Shown piece by piece: positions 23,692 through 33,308 of a stretch of 64,000 nt of DNA. How positions within the stretch are numbered: the first letter of the stretch is position 1; every line of letters starts with the position of its first letter. The position numbers were made by a program, and so were the translations under genes. Source of the DNA: an uncultured cyanobacterium (GTDB lineage: Bacteria > Cyanobacteriota > Cyanobacteriia > PCC-9006 > JAAUQQ01); the NCBI GenBank assembly GCA_963718615.1, contig OY970368.1, positions 3,584,001 to 3,648,000 on the forward strand. The letters are read 5' to 3'. The notes under the pieces were generated by a model. The model was not told the origin of the DNA. It worked only from the letters and a program-made list of their open reading frames with translations, and made no database searches.

Positions 23692-25026
23692 TTAAACGGT
23701 AAAAATATCCGCCGCGCCATAATTAACATTCCAGCCCAAATCCCGCAGCGAAGCGATCGACATTTGGCTCAGGGGCATCGAAGACCCTACCGTTTCTGCC
23801 CGTGGGGTCATTAGTTCTCGGTCAAAAATCGCTTCACTCCAGTGGGTCTTCTCGTCATCTAGGGGAATTGCTACGCCTTGGTTCGACCCCAATAACTCCC
23901 CATAAGCCAAGCCTGCGTAGGTATTGGCGCGATAAACCTGCTGGGAGGAATCGACCAAATTATTACCCACTTGATTCCAAGACAGACCAAACCCTAAAAC
24001 ATGGCCAAACTCGTGACGCATGACCTCTTCTAGATAGGTCGGATTGCTGTTGTATTGATCTAGATACAAGGTGTTAACCACAGCAACCCCCCGAACGGGA
24101 ACTAGGCGATCGCTCAGGGTTTTCTGATAGCCCTGGGGACCGGCATAGGCTAAAAAGGGATCTGTTTCATTGCGTGAGCCATAGACCCCAACGGTCAGGC
24201 TCTGGGAACCATTAAGGCTGCTATAGGCAATGATCCGCTCCCAATAGTCTGCGGCTCGCTGAATGGCGTCTTTGCTGGCCTGACTTAGCCCCTCTAGGCC
24301 AGACTTATAGACCAAATCCATGGAAAAGCTTCGGTCATCCTGGAGCGTAGCGTTAAATTGACTGGCCAATTCATACTGAGCCGTTTGTCCTTGATGGCTT
24401 TCAACCCGAACGACATAATTACCGGGTGAGAGAAAGCTCCGAATCGATTCTGTTTGGGTGCCGCGTTCCCACTGCCAAGCGAGGATTTCGCCTGGATCAA
24501 CCTTGCCATTTTGATTTTTGTCTTGAATGAGCTGAACGTCGGCATCCCCGGTTAAGCCCTTCAGCGTCGCCGTAAAAACGCCAGATTGCGTCGCTGTAAA
24601 TTGGAAGAAATCCTGACGATTAGAGCCACTGACCGCATCGTTGAGGCTAAAGGTGGGTGCGCCCAGGTTTTGAGGCGTAGCCAAGGTGGTTCCCAAAATT
24701 TGAGCCGATTCCATTTTCAGCGCTGCGTTCAATCCGATCGGGCGATCGCTAGCCATCCCAACGGTGTTGCCTAGGTTGGTATTGGTATTCAAACTCGGAA
24801 AACCCAACCACAGAATCGGCAGGGCTGCGGATGAAGCCGCTAGGATCGAAGGATCTGGCAGGGGGCCTTGGATCTGGAGGCGGGCGATCGCAAAACTCCC
24901 GTCTAGTGCAAAGGGCAACCCAAACTCAAGGTCTCCCGAAACGTCGCTCGCAAGGACTTGTGCAACGAAGGGAGCATCGGCGAGAGCAGGCTCTAACGGA
25001 TGGGAAGCATCTAAATCAGAAGGCAT
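23692..25026 (-). CDS. Pre-peptidase (PPC-like) domain plus leishmanolysin-like zinc metalloprotease
   Basis: DFFQF..LKGLTGDADVQL..GNYVVRV; HEFGHVLG...HWSE...ELMTP...SIASLRDLGW. Start uncertain. Confidence 0.75.
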   Translation of the reverse strand: MPSDLDASHPLEPALADAPFVAQVLASDVSGDLEFGLPFALDGSFAIARLQIQGPLPDPSILAASSAALPILWLGFPSLNTNTNLGNTVGMASDRPIGLNAALKMESAQILGTTLATPQNLGAPTFSLNDAVSGSNRQDFFQFTATQSGVFTATLKGLTGDADVQLIQDKNQNGKVDPGEILAWQWERGTQTESIRSFLSPGNYVVRVESHQGQTAQYELASQFNATLQDDRSFSMDLVYKSGLEGLSQASKDAIQRAADYWERIIAYSSLNGSQSLTVGVYGSRNETDPFLAYAGPQGYQKTLSDRLVPVRGVAVVNTLYLDQYNSNPTYLEEVMRHEFGHVLGFGLSWNQVGNNLVDSSQQVYRANTYAGLAYGELLGSNQGVAIPLDDEKTHWSEAIFDRELMTPRAETVGSSMPLSQMSIASLRDLGWNVNYGAADIFTV

Positions 25027-25194
25027 GGCAGAGGGGGGGTGCTGCTTTCTCCAGTATCCCCAGAAAAAAATTGTTCTCCGATAGAAAAACTGGTCAGCGG
25101 CGTAATTTTTACACAAGCTTCACAGGGATGAAGAGAGTATCCGGAAAATTACGCACACCAATCAGGGCAATGCTTAACGTCGCTTTAGAAATCG

Positions 25195-26469
25195 TTACGA
25201 GCCGTAGACTCTAAGTACTCTCCCGCAAATCTCTTTACCAAGCCAGGGGGTATTGCAAGCTAGCGATCGCAAGGCTCCAGGAACAACGCTCCAGCGAGAC
25301 TGGGGGTCAAACAAAATGGCTTCGGTGCCTTGCTCAATGGCAAGACTAGGCGGCTGTTGCTGAAGACAATGGGCCGGTGCACTGCTAAGGGCTCGCCACA
25401 GGTCGAGGGCACTCCATTGACCGCTGATGACTAAACGTTGCCACAACAAGGGCAAGGCCAATTCTAGGCCGATGGCCCCAGACGGAGCCTCGCCAAAGGC
25501 GACGGTTTTTTCCTCGTAGGTCCAGGGACTATGGTCGATGGCGATCGCATCAATCACCCCGGTCCGCACCGCTTCTAGCAGGGCAGCTTGGTCAGCAGGG
25601 TTGCCCAAGGGCGGATCGAGACGCAGATTGGGGTCATAGCCCGCTAAATCAGCACTGTTCAAGAGTAGATGATGCCAGGGGGTGCTGGCCGTGATCGCGA
25701 TCGCTTCGCTCTTGGCTTGCTGGATCAGGGCCACACTGCGGGCAGTGGACAGGCGCATACAATGCACCGGGGGATAGCCAGGTCCGAGATCGCGCAAACA
25801 TTCCAACAGCGCTGCCAAAGCGGTCGTTTCGGCCATGGCGGGGCTACCGGGGAGACCCAACTGGAGTGAAATGCTGCCTTCGCGGGCAATGCCGCTGCCG
25901 CTGAGGGCGCGATCGCAGGGCCAGAGGGCGATGGGTAAATTCAGCGGCTGCAAATATTCGAGCAGACGCCGAACTAAGGCGAGTTTGCCGAGGGGTAATC
26001 CGTCCGCAAAGCCTGCGACCCCGGCGGCGGCGAGTTCGAGCAATTCGCTCATTTGCTGGCCTTGGGTTGCCTGGGTGAGTGCTCCCCAAAACTGAATCCG
26101 CAGGGGTGGGTGGGGGTCTAGGTGCTGAATCAGATTTTCGAGCTGGGCAAGGGTTGCTGGGGTATCCAGCACGGGATGGGTATTGGGTAGCAGGGTCACG
26201 CGGGTAAAACCACCGGCCAAGGCCGCTTGGCTCAAGGATGCCAGCGTTTCCCGCTCCTCAAACCCCGGTTCACCAGAGGTGCTGTAGAGGTCAACCAATC
26301 CCGGCCCAAGCACCCAGCCTCGGGCATCCCGCCGGGTGGCGTGGGCTGGGGCTTCGAGTTGGGGGGCGATCGCGCAAATCTGCCCCCCCTCCAAAAGTAC
26401 ATCGGCCACCTGATCGGTTGCGGTGGTTGGGTCAAGAACGCGAACCTGTTGCAAAAGCTCCTGTGGCAT
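25195..26469 (-). CDS. pyrC: Dihydroorotase (cyanobacterial PyrC-like)
   Basis: PGLVDLYSTSGEPGFEERETL, AGGFT, PPLGNPAD, DAIAIDHSP. Confidence 0.85.
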   Translation of the reverse strand: MPQELLQQVRVLDPTTATDQVADVLLEGGQICAIAPQLEAPAHATRRDARGWVLGPGLVDLYSTSGEPGFEERETLASLSQAALAGGFTRVTLLPNTHPVLDTPATLAQLENLIQHLDPHPPLRIQFWGALTQATQGQQMSELLELAAAGVAGFADGLPLGKLALVRRLLEYLQPLNLPIALWPCDRALSGSGIAREGSISLQLGLPGSPAMAETTALAALLECLRDLGPGYPPVHCMRLSTARSVALIQQAKSEAIAITASTPWHHLLLNSADLAGYDPNLRLDPPLGNPADQAALLEAVRTGVIDAIAIDHSPWTYEEKTVAFGEAPSGAIGLELALPLLWQRLVISGQWSALDLWRALSSAPAHCLQQQPPSLAIEQGTEAILFDPQSRWSVVPGALRSLACNTPWLGKEICGRVLRVYGS

Positions 26470-26484
26470 ATCGATTTTTTTGAT

Positions 26485-27837
26485 TTACAGCGCTCCTGCG
26501 GCGGTTGTATCCAAAACCCCCGTCCCAAAGTGGGTGGTGATATTTAGGGCCTGAACCACGGGTTTCCCCTTGAGTCCCTTGGGATAGTCAATGACGGTGA
26601 CCGCTCCATTGCCCTGTTTGATCGCCCAAATGTCTTTCGGCTCCAGCCCCAGGACATGGCAGAGGATACATTTATTAACGGCATCATGGGCCACCACCAT
26701 GCCCGTGCTCTGATCGGGGGCATTTTGCACGATCGCCTCCCAGGCGGCCACCGAACGGTCCCACACCTGCTGAAGATTTTCACCTTCGGGCATCTGTACG
26801 GTTTCTGGCGCAACTTTCCACTGCTGGAGAGTATCGCCAAATTCGGCCTGGATTTCTGCTTCGAGTTTGCCCTCCCAAAGACCGTGGCCAATTTCCTTCA
26901 GACCTGGGTCTTCTGCCAAGGTGAGGTGCGGATGGTGTTGCAGGATAATCTCGGCGGTTTCCCTAGGGCGGGAGAGGGGGCTAGTGACAGCAAAGTCGAT
27001 GGCCACATCCTTGAGGAAATCGGCAGCTTTTTGGGCTTGAGCTTTGCCATTTTCGTTGAGGGGAATGTCAATTTGGCCCTGGAAACGGGATTGACGGTTC
27101 CAGTCGGTTTCACCATGGCGCACGAGCAGGAGCCGACAGCCTGCCCGAGAGCGGCGATCGGGTAAGCGGTCGCCCAAGTGAGCCGTGAGATTGAGGGATT
27201 CGAGCTGAACGCCGTCGTCGGGTCCGCCGGCAAAATTCAAAACATTGATGCAGCAGTTGGATTGACGCAGGACTTGGTACTGAGCAGGACCCATGCCGAC
27301 GGCGGTGCTGATGAGCGATCGCAAAATGCCGTTATGGCCCACAATCAACACCGTTTGACCCCGATGGTCCTGCAAACAGGTTTGCCAAAACTGTCGGGCC
27401 TGGGCAAACAGAGACACCACGGGAAAATGCTGGCGCGGCGGTTGATCGGCTGTACCAGGCAGCTCCATACAAAACTGATCCGGCTGCTGGGACCAGACCC
27501 GGTAGGCTTCGGGATCCTGCTGCTGAACCACAGCCCGCTCCATCCCGGCCCAGAGGGGCAGGTCTATTTCCAGTAGGTCATTAGCGGTTTGGACCGTCGG
27601 AGCCCCGGTGAGGTCTTCGGCAATCAGTTCTGCGGTCCGCTTCGCCCGCTGCAAGGGGCTGCTGTAGATGGCGTCGAAGGCAATGCCCTGGAGGGCTTGG
27701 CTCACCCGCTTGGCATCGGCCATCCCCCGTTCCGTCAAAACCGATTCGTCGATGCGGCCTTGAATCCGCTCTTGGGCGTTATAGCTGCTTTGGCCATGGC
27801 GGACCAAAATCATGCGCGTAGGCTGGGATGGAGTCAT
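26485..27837 (-). CDS. Tandem two-domain histidine phosphatase (phosphoglycerate mutase-like)
   Basis: Two RHG motifs (LVRHGQS, LVRHGET), each followed by SPL.R. Confidence 0.9.
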   Translation of the reverse strand: MTPSQPTRMILVRHGQSSYNAQERIQGRIDESVLTERGMADAKRVSQALQGIAFDAIYSSPLQRAKRTAELIAEDLTGAPTVQTANDLLEIDLPLWAGMERAVVQQQDPEAYRVWSQQPDQFCMELPGTADQPPRQHFPVVSLFAQARQFWQTCLQDHRGQTVLIVGHNGILRSLISTAVGMGPAQYQVLRQSNCCINVLNFAGGPDDGVQLESLNLTAHLGDRLPDRRSRAGCRLLLVRHGETDWNRQSRFQGQIDIPLNENGKAQAQKAADFLKDVAIDFAVTSPLSRPRETAEIILQHHPHLTLAEDPGLKEIGHGLWEGKLEAEIQAEFGDTLQQWKVAPETVQMPEGENLQQVWDRSVAAWEAIVQNAPDQSTGMVVAHDAVNKCILCHVLGLEPKDIWAIKQGNGAVTVIDYPKGLKGKPVVQALNITTHFGTGVLDTTAAGAL

Positions 27838-28013
27838 GGACTGGGACTGAGAGCTGGGATGGAGACATTCGCGTTACGCAGACGATCGCGAATGGGCGAG
27901 AATCTTAAAGAATTGCCACAACGGATTCTACACGTCTGCGGACCGCTGGGGGGTATCCCCCCCTGGTTTCAACAGGTGGATGAAAGCTGGAAACAAGCAG
28001 CAGGAAGGGTTGA

Positions 28014-29675
28014 ATGATTTTTGAGATGTCCTCGTCGTTAAAGCGATCGCTGGTCTTTTTGCTGTCTTTGGGGGTGGCGCTGTTTGTCGGGTTTAGCCTC
28101 TTACAAAGCTGGAGCCAACCCCAGGTGCAGGATCGCTTGGCGATCGCCCAAACCTATTTAGTGCTGCAATCATCGGAGTTAGGGGTCGACAGTCCAAGGC
28201 AGTCGGAGAAGGACAGTTTTACTGAGGCCCTGCTGGGCAATGACCCTTACCAAAATGCCCTGGAACAATATCAGCCGCTGCTCAAGACCGTGACGACGGG
28301 GTTAACCAACCTTGAGGGGCAACTGTCCCAGTCTGAAGCTGCTGCATCGGGGGCCGAGACCGCTGCGTCGGCAGATGCGGTGCAAAGCCAAATCGCCACG
28401 CTCCAGGCCCAGCGACAAAAACAAGCATCGCTGCTGATGGAGCTGCAAACCGAAGCCGGAATTTTGCATGCGGTTCAGGGGGAACTGCCGGAAGCCCAAA
28501 GCCTTTGGCAAGCGGTGCAACGGTCTCAACCCAGTGCTGAATCGGGATCTAGTCTTGGCTCGGGTCCCGGAGCTGAGCCAAGATCTGGCGTTGCGCTTCT
28601 ACAACCCTTGCCCGCCCAAGACACCGCTGCGGTTTTGGCCGGACTGTGGAGTGACCCCCCGCGCCTCTTGCCGGAGACCGACAGCATGCTCAAACAGGGG
28701 TTACGGGGCTGGTTTGAGGATGAGGCCCTGGCGCGACTCTATACCCTCGACCAGCGTCAGGATGAATTGCAAACCTTGAATGCCCAGCGTCAAATCCGCG
28801 CCCAGGAGGCGATCGCCAAACTCGCCCTGGTCATTTTGATCCCGTTGGTGGGGGCGATCGTCGGCACAATCCTGATTTTGATCCGGCTGGTACAAGCCTG
28901 GAAACAGCGTCAGGAGAAAAAAATGAATCCCTTCACCGTGGAGGCTTGGTCAGTGCCCTGGGATGGAGCAATCCTCGCGATCGGCGTCTTGGGTGGGTTT
29001 TTCCTGGTGGGCCAAATTATTATGAGCAGCCTGGTTGGCAGCATCATTTTGGCGATCGCCCAACAGCTCCCCCTCGGCAGTCCCATTCGAGCCCAGGCGC
29101 TGGGGGTTTTTGGGGTCTATAGCCTGATGGCGATCGCCGTCCTCTTCTTTTTGTCCACCCTGTTACGTCCCTATCGCCCGTTGCCGCCCAGTTGGTTTCG
29201 GCTCAATCTACGGGAGGGCCATTGGTTTGCCTGGGGGCTCGGGGGCTACTTTGCGGCCTATCCCCTGGTCCTGCTCGTGTCGGTCTTAAATCAACACCTT
29301 TGGGATGGCCAAGGCGGCAGCAATCCGTTACTGACCCTGGCCCTGGAAAATCAAGACAATATTGCCCTGGTGCTGTTTTTGGTGACGGCGGCGATCGCCG
29401 CTCCCCTGTTTGAGGAAATTTTCTTTCGCGGCTTTCTGATGGCCTCCCTCACCCGGTTTATGCCCGGTTGGGGAGCGATTTTAGTCAGCGCCTTTATCTT
29501 TGCAGCGGCTCACCTGAGTTTGTCTGAACTCTTGCCCCTCATGACCCTGGGCGCAATGCTGGGATTTGTCTATGGGCGATCGCGCAATCTCCTCGCCTCG
29601 ATCCTGCTCCATGGGCTATGGAATAGTGGCACCTTAGTCAGCCTTTTACTCTTTGGCAGCGCCTTGCGGGGATAA
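28014..29675 (+). CDS. CPBP (CAAX/Abi) intramembrane metalloprotease
   Basis: APLFEEIFFRG, FAAAH, LHGLWN and multiple hydrophobic segments. Confidence 0.9.
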   Translation: MIFEMSSSLKRSLVFLLSLGVALFVGFSLLQSWSQPQVQDRLAIAQTYLVLQSSELGVDSPRQSEKDSFTEALLGNDPYQNALEQYQPLLKTVTTGLTNLEGQLSQSEAAASGAETAASADAVQSQIATLQAQRQKQASLLMELQTEAGILHAVQGELPEAQSLWQAVQRSQPSAESGSSLGSGPGAEPRSGVALLQPLPAQDTAAVLAGLWSDPPRLLPETDSMLKQGLRGWFEDEALARLYTLDQRQDELQTLNAQRQIRAQEAIAKLALVILIPLVGAIVGTILILIRLVQAWKQRQEKKMNPFTVEAWSVPWDGAILAIGVLGGFFLVGQIIMSSLVGSIILAIAQQLPLGSPIRAQALGVFGVYSLMAIAVLFFLSTLLRPYRPLPPSWFRLNLREGHWFAWGLGGYFAAYPLVLLVSVLNQHLWDGQGGSNPLLTLALENQDNIALVLFLVTAAIAAPLFEEIFFRGFLMASLTRFMPGWGAILVSAFIFAAAHLSLSELLPLMTLGAMLGFVYGRSRNLLASILLHGLWNSGTLVSLLLFGSALRG

Positions 29676-29680
29676 TTTAA

Positions 29681-29715
29681 GAGGATCGTAGGGGGTCAAG
29701 CCCCTCAGGATCCTC
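29681..29715 (+). terminator. Hairpin after the CPBP gene
   Basis: GAGGATC..AGGGG-loop-CCCCT..GATCCTC interrupted stem; no U-tract. Confidence 0.45.
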
Positions 29716-30083
29716 ACCCTGTGCTTGCTTGGCCCTGCGGCCCCTCCAATGTCGTAACCACAGAACTCTTGTCCCGTGGGCGATCGACGCTATTTTAGAT
29801 TCCGTGCTTCCCCGTAGGTCATGCCCAAAACATTTCAGATATAAATCACCTAAGCTAATTCTCCGGCCAATGAAAACCTCTTGCAGGGGTGCATCTTCTT
29901 TCCCTGTAATCTCAGGTCTGTTCTTAAAATTGAGACCTTTTTGAAGAAGTCTTCAGGATTTTTTTGAGATGTCCCGCTAAATCCGGGATAAACTAGCTCT
30001 CAATTCTTGACAGGTCGTCCCCTATCATTCAGGTCGGTGAGTTGCTCGCAGTCCGGAATCCTAGCATCATTCTGTAAAGACCC

Positions 30084-30578
30084 ATGGCCGCAAGACCCGC
30101 CGCAATTGAATACGAACTGCCAGCCCCACCGCTCCAGCAACGCCGGGTGTCTCGTCGTGTTTCGCCTCGGGCGATCGCGTCTCCTAAGCCCCAAGTCCGC
30201 CCCCTGCGGCAGCGGGAGCCCCTGCCCTTCTGGTTGCGTCAATTGATGATTGTGCAACGGGGTTCGGCGCTGGCCTTACTGATGATGGGGGGTCTAACGC
30301 TGTTGGCCTATAGCTGGACCGTACATTCCCAGCGCTCCTGGAGCCGAGCCTACAGTCAGCTCTCGCTGCTCCGCCGGGATGAGCCGCAACTGACGCGTGC
30401 TAATGAAGTGCTCAAGGAAAATTTGGCTCAGCAGGCCGAGTCCGAAAATTCTGGATTGATCGAGCCAACGCCCGCTCACATGTTTTATCTAGAGCCCGCG
30501 CAACCCCGTCCAGCTCAAGTCGTGCCCGACCCCCCTGCTCCGCCCCCCAGCGGCAGCGAACTGCCCCTGAGTTATTAA
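30084..30578 (+). CDS. FtsL-like bitopic cell-division protein
   Basis: One TM segment, then coiled coil (LRRDEPQLTRANEVLK); directly upstream of ftsI. Confidence 0.6.
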   Translation: MAARPAAIEYELPAPPLQQRRVSRRVSPRAIASPKPQVRPLRQREPLPFWLRQLMIVQRGSALALLMMGGLTLLAYSWTVHSQRSWSRAYSQLSLLRRDEPQLTRANEVLKENLAQQAESENSGLIEPTPAHMFYLEPAQPRPAQVVPDPPAPPPSGSELPLSY

Positions 30579-30728
30579 GACTGAGCAATGCGCTCAACTC
30601 GCTCGCTCAGCCCTGGGTTTAGATTCCATCAATTTGATTCGGCTTGATTTAACGCTAGCGACCTGAACCAGACCCCTTCTCCTGAGTCGACCGACTGCTT
30701 GGCTTCCCCCTTTCTTTTAATTTTCAGC

Positions 30729-32642
30729 ATGGCTCGAACGCTGCCTCCCCCCAGCCCCCAGCGCCGCCGCCCCAAGCCTCTGGCCTCTCCCGCTTCCCTA
30801 TCCCCTTGGGCTCAGCGTCAGCGTCGACTGCGGCAGGCCCTTGAAACTCGCCCGGTTCGATTGTTGTTAGCTTGGCTGGTTTTAACCAGTGCCCTTGGTG
30901 GCTTGGCGTTGCGCCTGGTCAATTTACAAATCCTTCAAGGTCCTGAACTCTCCCAATCGGCGAAGGCTCAGCAGACCTTGGCGTTACGCTCCTTTGTGCC
31001 CCGCCGTCCAGTTATTGACCGCTCTGGAGATGTGCTAGCCGTTGATAATTCGGTTTATATTCTCTATGCTCACCCGGCTCTGTTTACTCAGCCTTTGGAT
31101 GAAGTCGCAAGTGCCTTGGCTGAGACCTTAAATTTGCCAGACGCAGATGTCCTCAAAAAGCTGCGCAGCGGCGATACCGGCATCGAAGTGGCGGATGGGA
31201 TTTCAGACAACACAGCTAGACGACTGCGAGATCTCTATATTGATGGCTTAGACCTAATCGAGCATTCTCAACGCTTCTATCCCCAGAACGATCTCTTCGG
31301 TTCGATCTTGGGGTATGTCGATCATGATGGTAAGGCCCAAGCGGGTCTGGAGCTGAGCCAAGAGGAGCAATTGGCCCGTTCCGGCAAAGCCATGGAAATT
31401 CGCCGGATGGGGGATGGCGGTGCCCTTCCGACCGATTTGCCCGCCGGACTCCTGCATCAAGACGATCTCCGCATGCAGTTGACCCTCGATCGACGAATTC
31501 AGCGCGCGACGCGGGTGGCCCTCGATCGCCAAATCAAAAATTTCAGTGCCAAACGGGGAGCCGCGTTGGTGATGGATGCCAGAGATGGATCCTTGCTTTC
31601 ATTGGTGGTGTCTCCCACCTATGACCCCAACCGGTTTTACGATTTTGATATTGAATTATTTCGCAATTGGGCGGTGACGGATCTCTATGAACCGGGGTCA
31701 ACCTTTAAGCCGGTGAATGTGGCGATCGCCCTCGAATCTGGAGCCCTCAAACCCACAGACTATATCTATGATGCCGGTCAGCTCGTGATTTCCGAGCATA
31801 TCGTCCAAAACCATGACTTTAGTTCCGTGGGCGGGCGCGGGGCGATTAGTATTCCTCAAATTTTGCAGTTTTCCAGCAACATCGGCATGGTGGGCATTGT
31901 CCAAAAGCTGGCCCCTGGACTCTATCATGACTGGCTCGAAAAGCTAGGGCTCGGCAAAACCGTACAGACAGACTTGCCCTCCGCTCCCGTCGGAGAGCTC
32001 AAATCCCGGAAGGAATTTGAAATTTCTCCCATTGAGCCCGCCACCGCTGCCTTTGGCCAGGGCCTTTCCCTAACGCCCTTACAACTGGCGCAGCTCCATG
32101 GCACCCTAGCCAATGGGGGTAAGCTCGTCAGCCCCCATGTGGTCAAAGGACTAGTCGACAGCCAAGGTCACTACCAATGGCAGCCCGAACATCCAGACCC
32201 CAAAGCGGTCTTTTCACCCCAGACGGCCCAGACCGTGGTTGAAATGATGGAAACAGTGGTCTCCGAGGGATCCGGCAAACCCGCTGCCATTCCGGGCTAT
32301 CGCATTGGCGGCAAGACCGGAACAGCCCAAAAGGCAGAGAACGGCGTCTATATTCCAGGGGCTCGGATTACCAGTTTTGTCGGAATTTTGCCCGTGGAAG
32401 CGCCTCGGTATGTGGTGGTGGCGGTGGTGGATGAACCCCAGGGTGAAAATGCCTATGGTTCGACGGTGGCTGCACCGATCGTGAAAGAAATTATGCAGTC
32501 GGTCGTCAGTGTCATGGGGTTACCGCCCCATCAGCCCGTGGCCCTCGATCAACAAGGAAAACCAGTGGCTGTGGATTTGCGGGGACGTCCGGTGGCGGGT
32601 CTGACGCCCAAGACCCATGAGCATGGTGTGTGGGGAGATTAA
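30729..32642 (+). CDS. ftsI: Class B penicillin-binding protein FtsI
   Basis: EPGSTFK (SxxK), SSN, KTGTAQK; N-terminal TM segment and RRPVIDR. Confidence 0.9.
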   Translation: MARTLPPPSPQRRRPKPLASPASLSPWAQRQRRLRQALETRPVRLLLAWLVLTSALGGLALRLVNLQILQGPELSQSAKAQQTLALRSFVPRRPVIDRSGDVLAVDNSVYILYAHPALFTQPLDEVASALAETLNLPDADVLKKLRSGDTGIEVADGISDNTARRLRDLYIDGLDLIEHSQRFYPQNDLFGSILGYVDHDGKAQAGLELSQEEQLARSGKAMEIRRMGDGGALPTDLPAGLLHQDDLRMQLTLDRRIQRATRVALDRQIKNFSAKRGAALVMDARDGSLLSLVVSPTYDPNRFYDFDIELFRNWAVTDLYEPGSTFKPVNVAIALESGALKPTDYIYDAGQLVISEHIVQNHDFSSVGGRGAISIPQILQFSSNIGMVGIVQKLAPGLYHDWLEKLGLGKTVQTDLPSAPVGELKSRKEFEISPIEPATAAFGQGLSLTPLQLAQLHGTLANGGKLVSPHVVKGLVDSQGHYQWQPEHPDPKAVFSPQTAQTVVEMMETVVSEGSGKPAAIPGYRIGGKTGTAQKAENGVYIPGARITSFVGILPVEAPRYVVVAVVDEPQGENAYGSTVAAPIVKEIMQSVVSVMGLPPHQPVALDQQGKPVAVDLRGRPVAGLTPKTHEHGVWGD

Positions 32643-32725
32643 AAGCCCCCTCGGCGTCCTGTGCCACAATGGTTGGGTTCGGTCGCGATCGCGACCCGCC
32701 TTACCGTGAATCTTCCCGAATCGCT

Positions 32726-33136
32726 ATGGCCGCGAGCTATTCTGTCTCTGACCCCGTGATCTCCCGCTATTCTCGCAAAACCGTCCAGCGAGCAAGACGA
32801 GCCCTCTACTGTGCGCCTTTTCGGCCTGACTTATTTGTTGCGATGCAAACCCAAAGCGTCCCCCTGCGAGAGATTCAAGGTAGCTCGGGTTTGCGTCGAG
32901 GCTATAGCCGACGACTGTTGCCCGAGCTGATTGCCGAAAGTCAACTGGTGTGGCTGATTCAGGTAGGGGTGCTGCGACGGGAGGTCGATGGCCAAGGCAT
33001 TACCGATAGCTTTCGACTGACCCCCTTAGGCCGCTGGCTAGTGGACCAATCCTCCCATGACGGTAAATTCCCTCAGGTTTCTCTCTGGGATCGTCTTTAT
33101 AATGCTTGGCAGCGCTGGATTCGGCTGCCAATCTAG
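32726..33136 (+). CDS. Npun_F0494-like conserved cyanobacterial protein
   Basis: WLIQVGVLRREVDGQGITDSFRLTPLGR signature. Confidence 0.8.
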   Translation: MAASYSVSDPVISRYSRKTVQRARRALYCAPFRPDLFVAMQTQSVPLREIQGSSGLRRGYSRRLLPELIAESQLVWLIQVGVLRREVDGQGITDSFRLTPLGRWLVDQSSHDGKFPQVSLWDRLYNAWQRWIRLPI

Positions 33137-33223
33137 TGTTTTGGTCTTCTTGTTTTTGCTTTCTGAACCTGTATTTCCACCTGTGGATCAGCCTTCCGGT
33201 TTTAGCCCTGCTTGTCCCACATT

Positions 33224-33280
33224 TTGAGACCCCTGAGCTTGAGACCCCTGAGCTTGAGACCCCTGAGCTTGAGACCCTTG
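33224..33280. repeat. 15-bp tandem repeat (TTGAGACCCCTGAGC x3 plus partial)
   Basis: Read directly, just upstream of cobQ. Confidence 0.9.
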
Positions 33281-33308
33281 AAGCCCCCCCTGAAGAGTTA
33301 AGTTTGCT

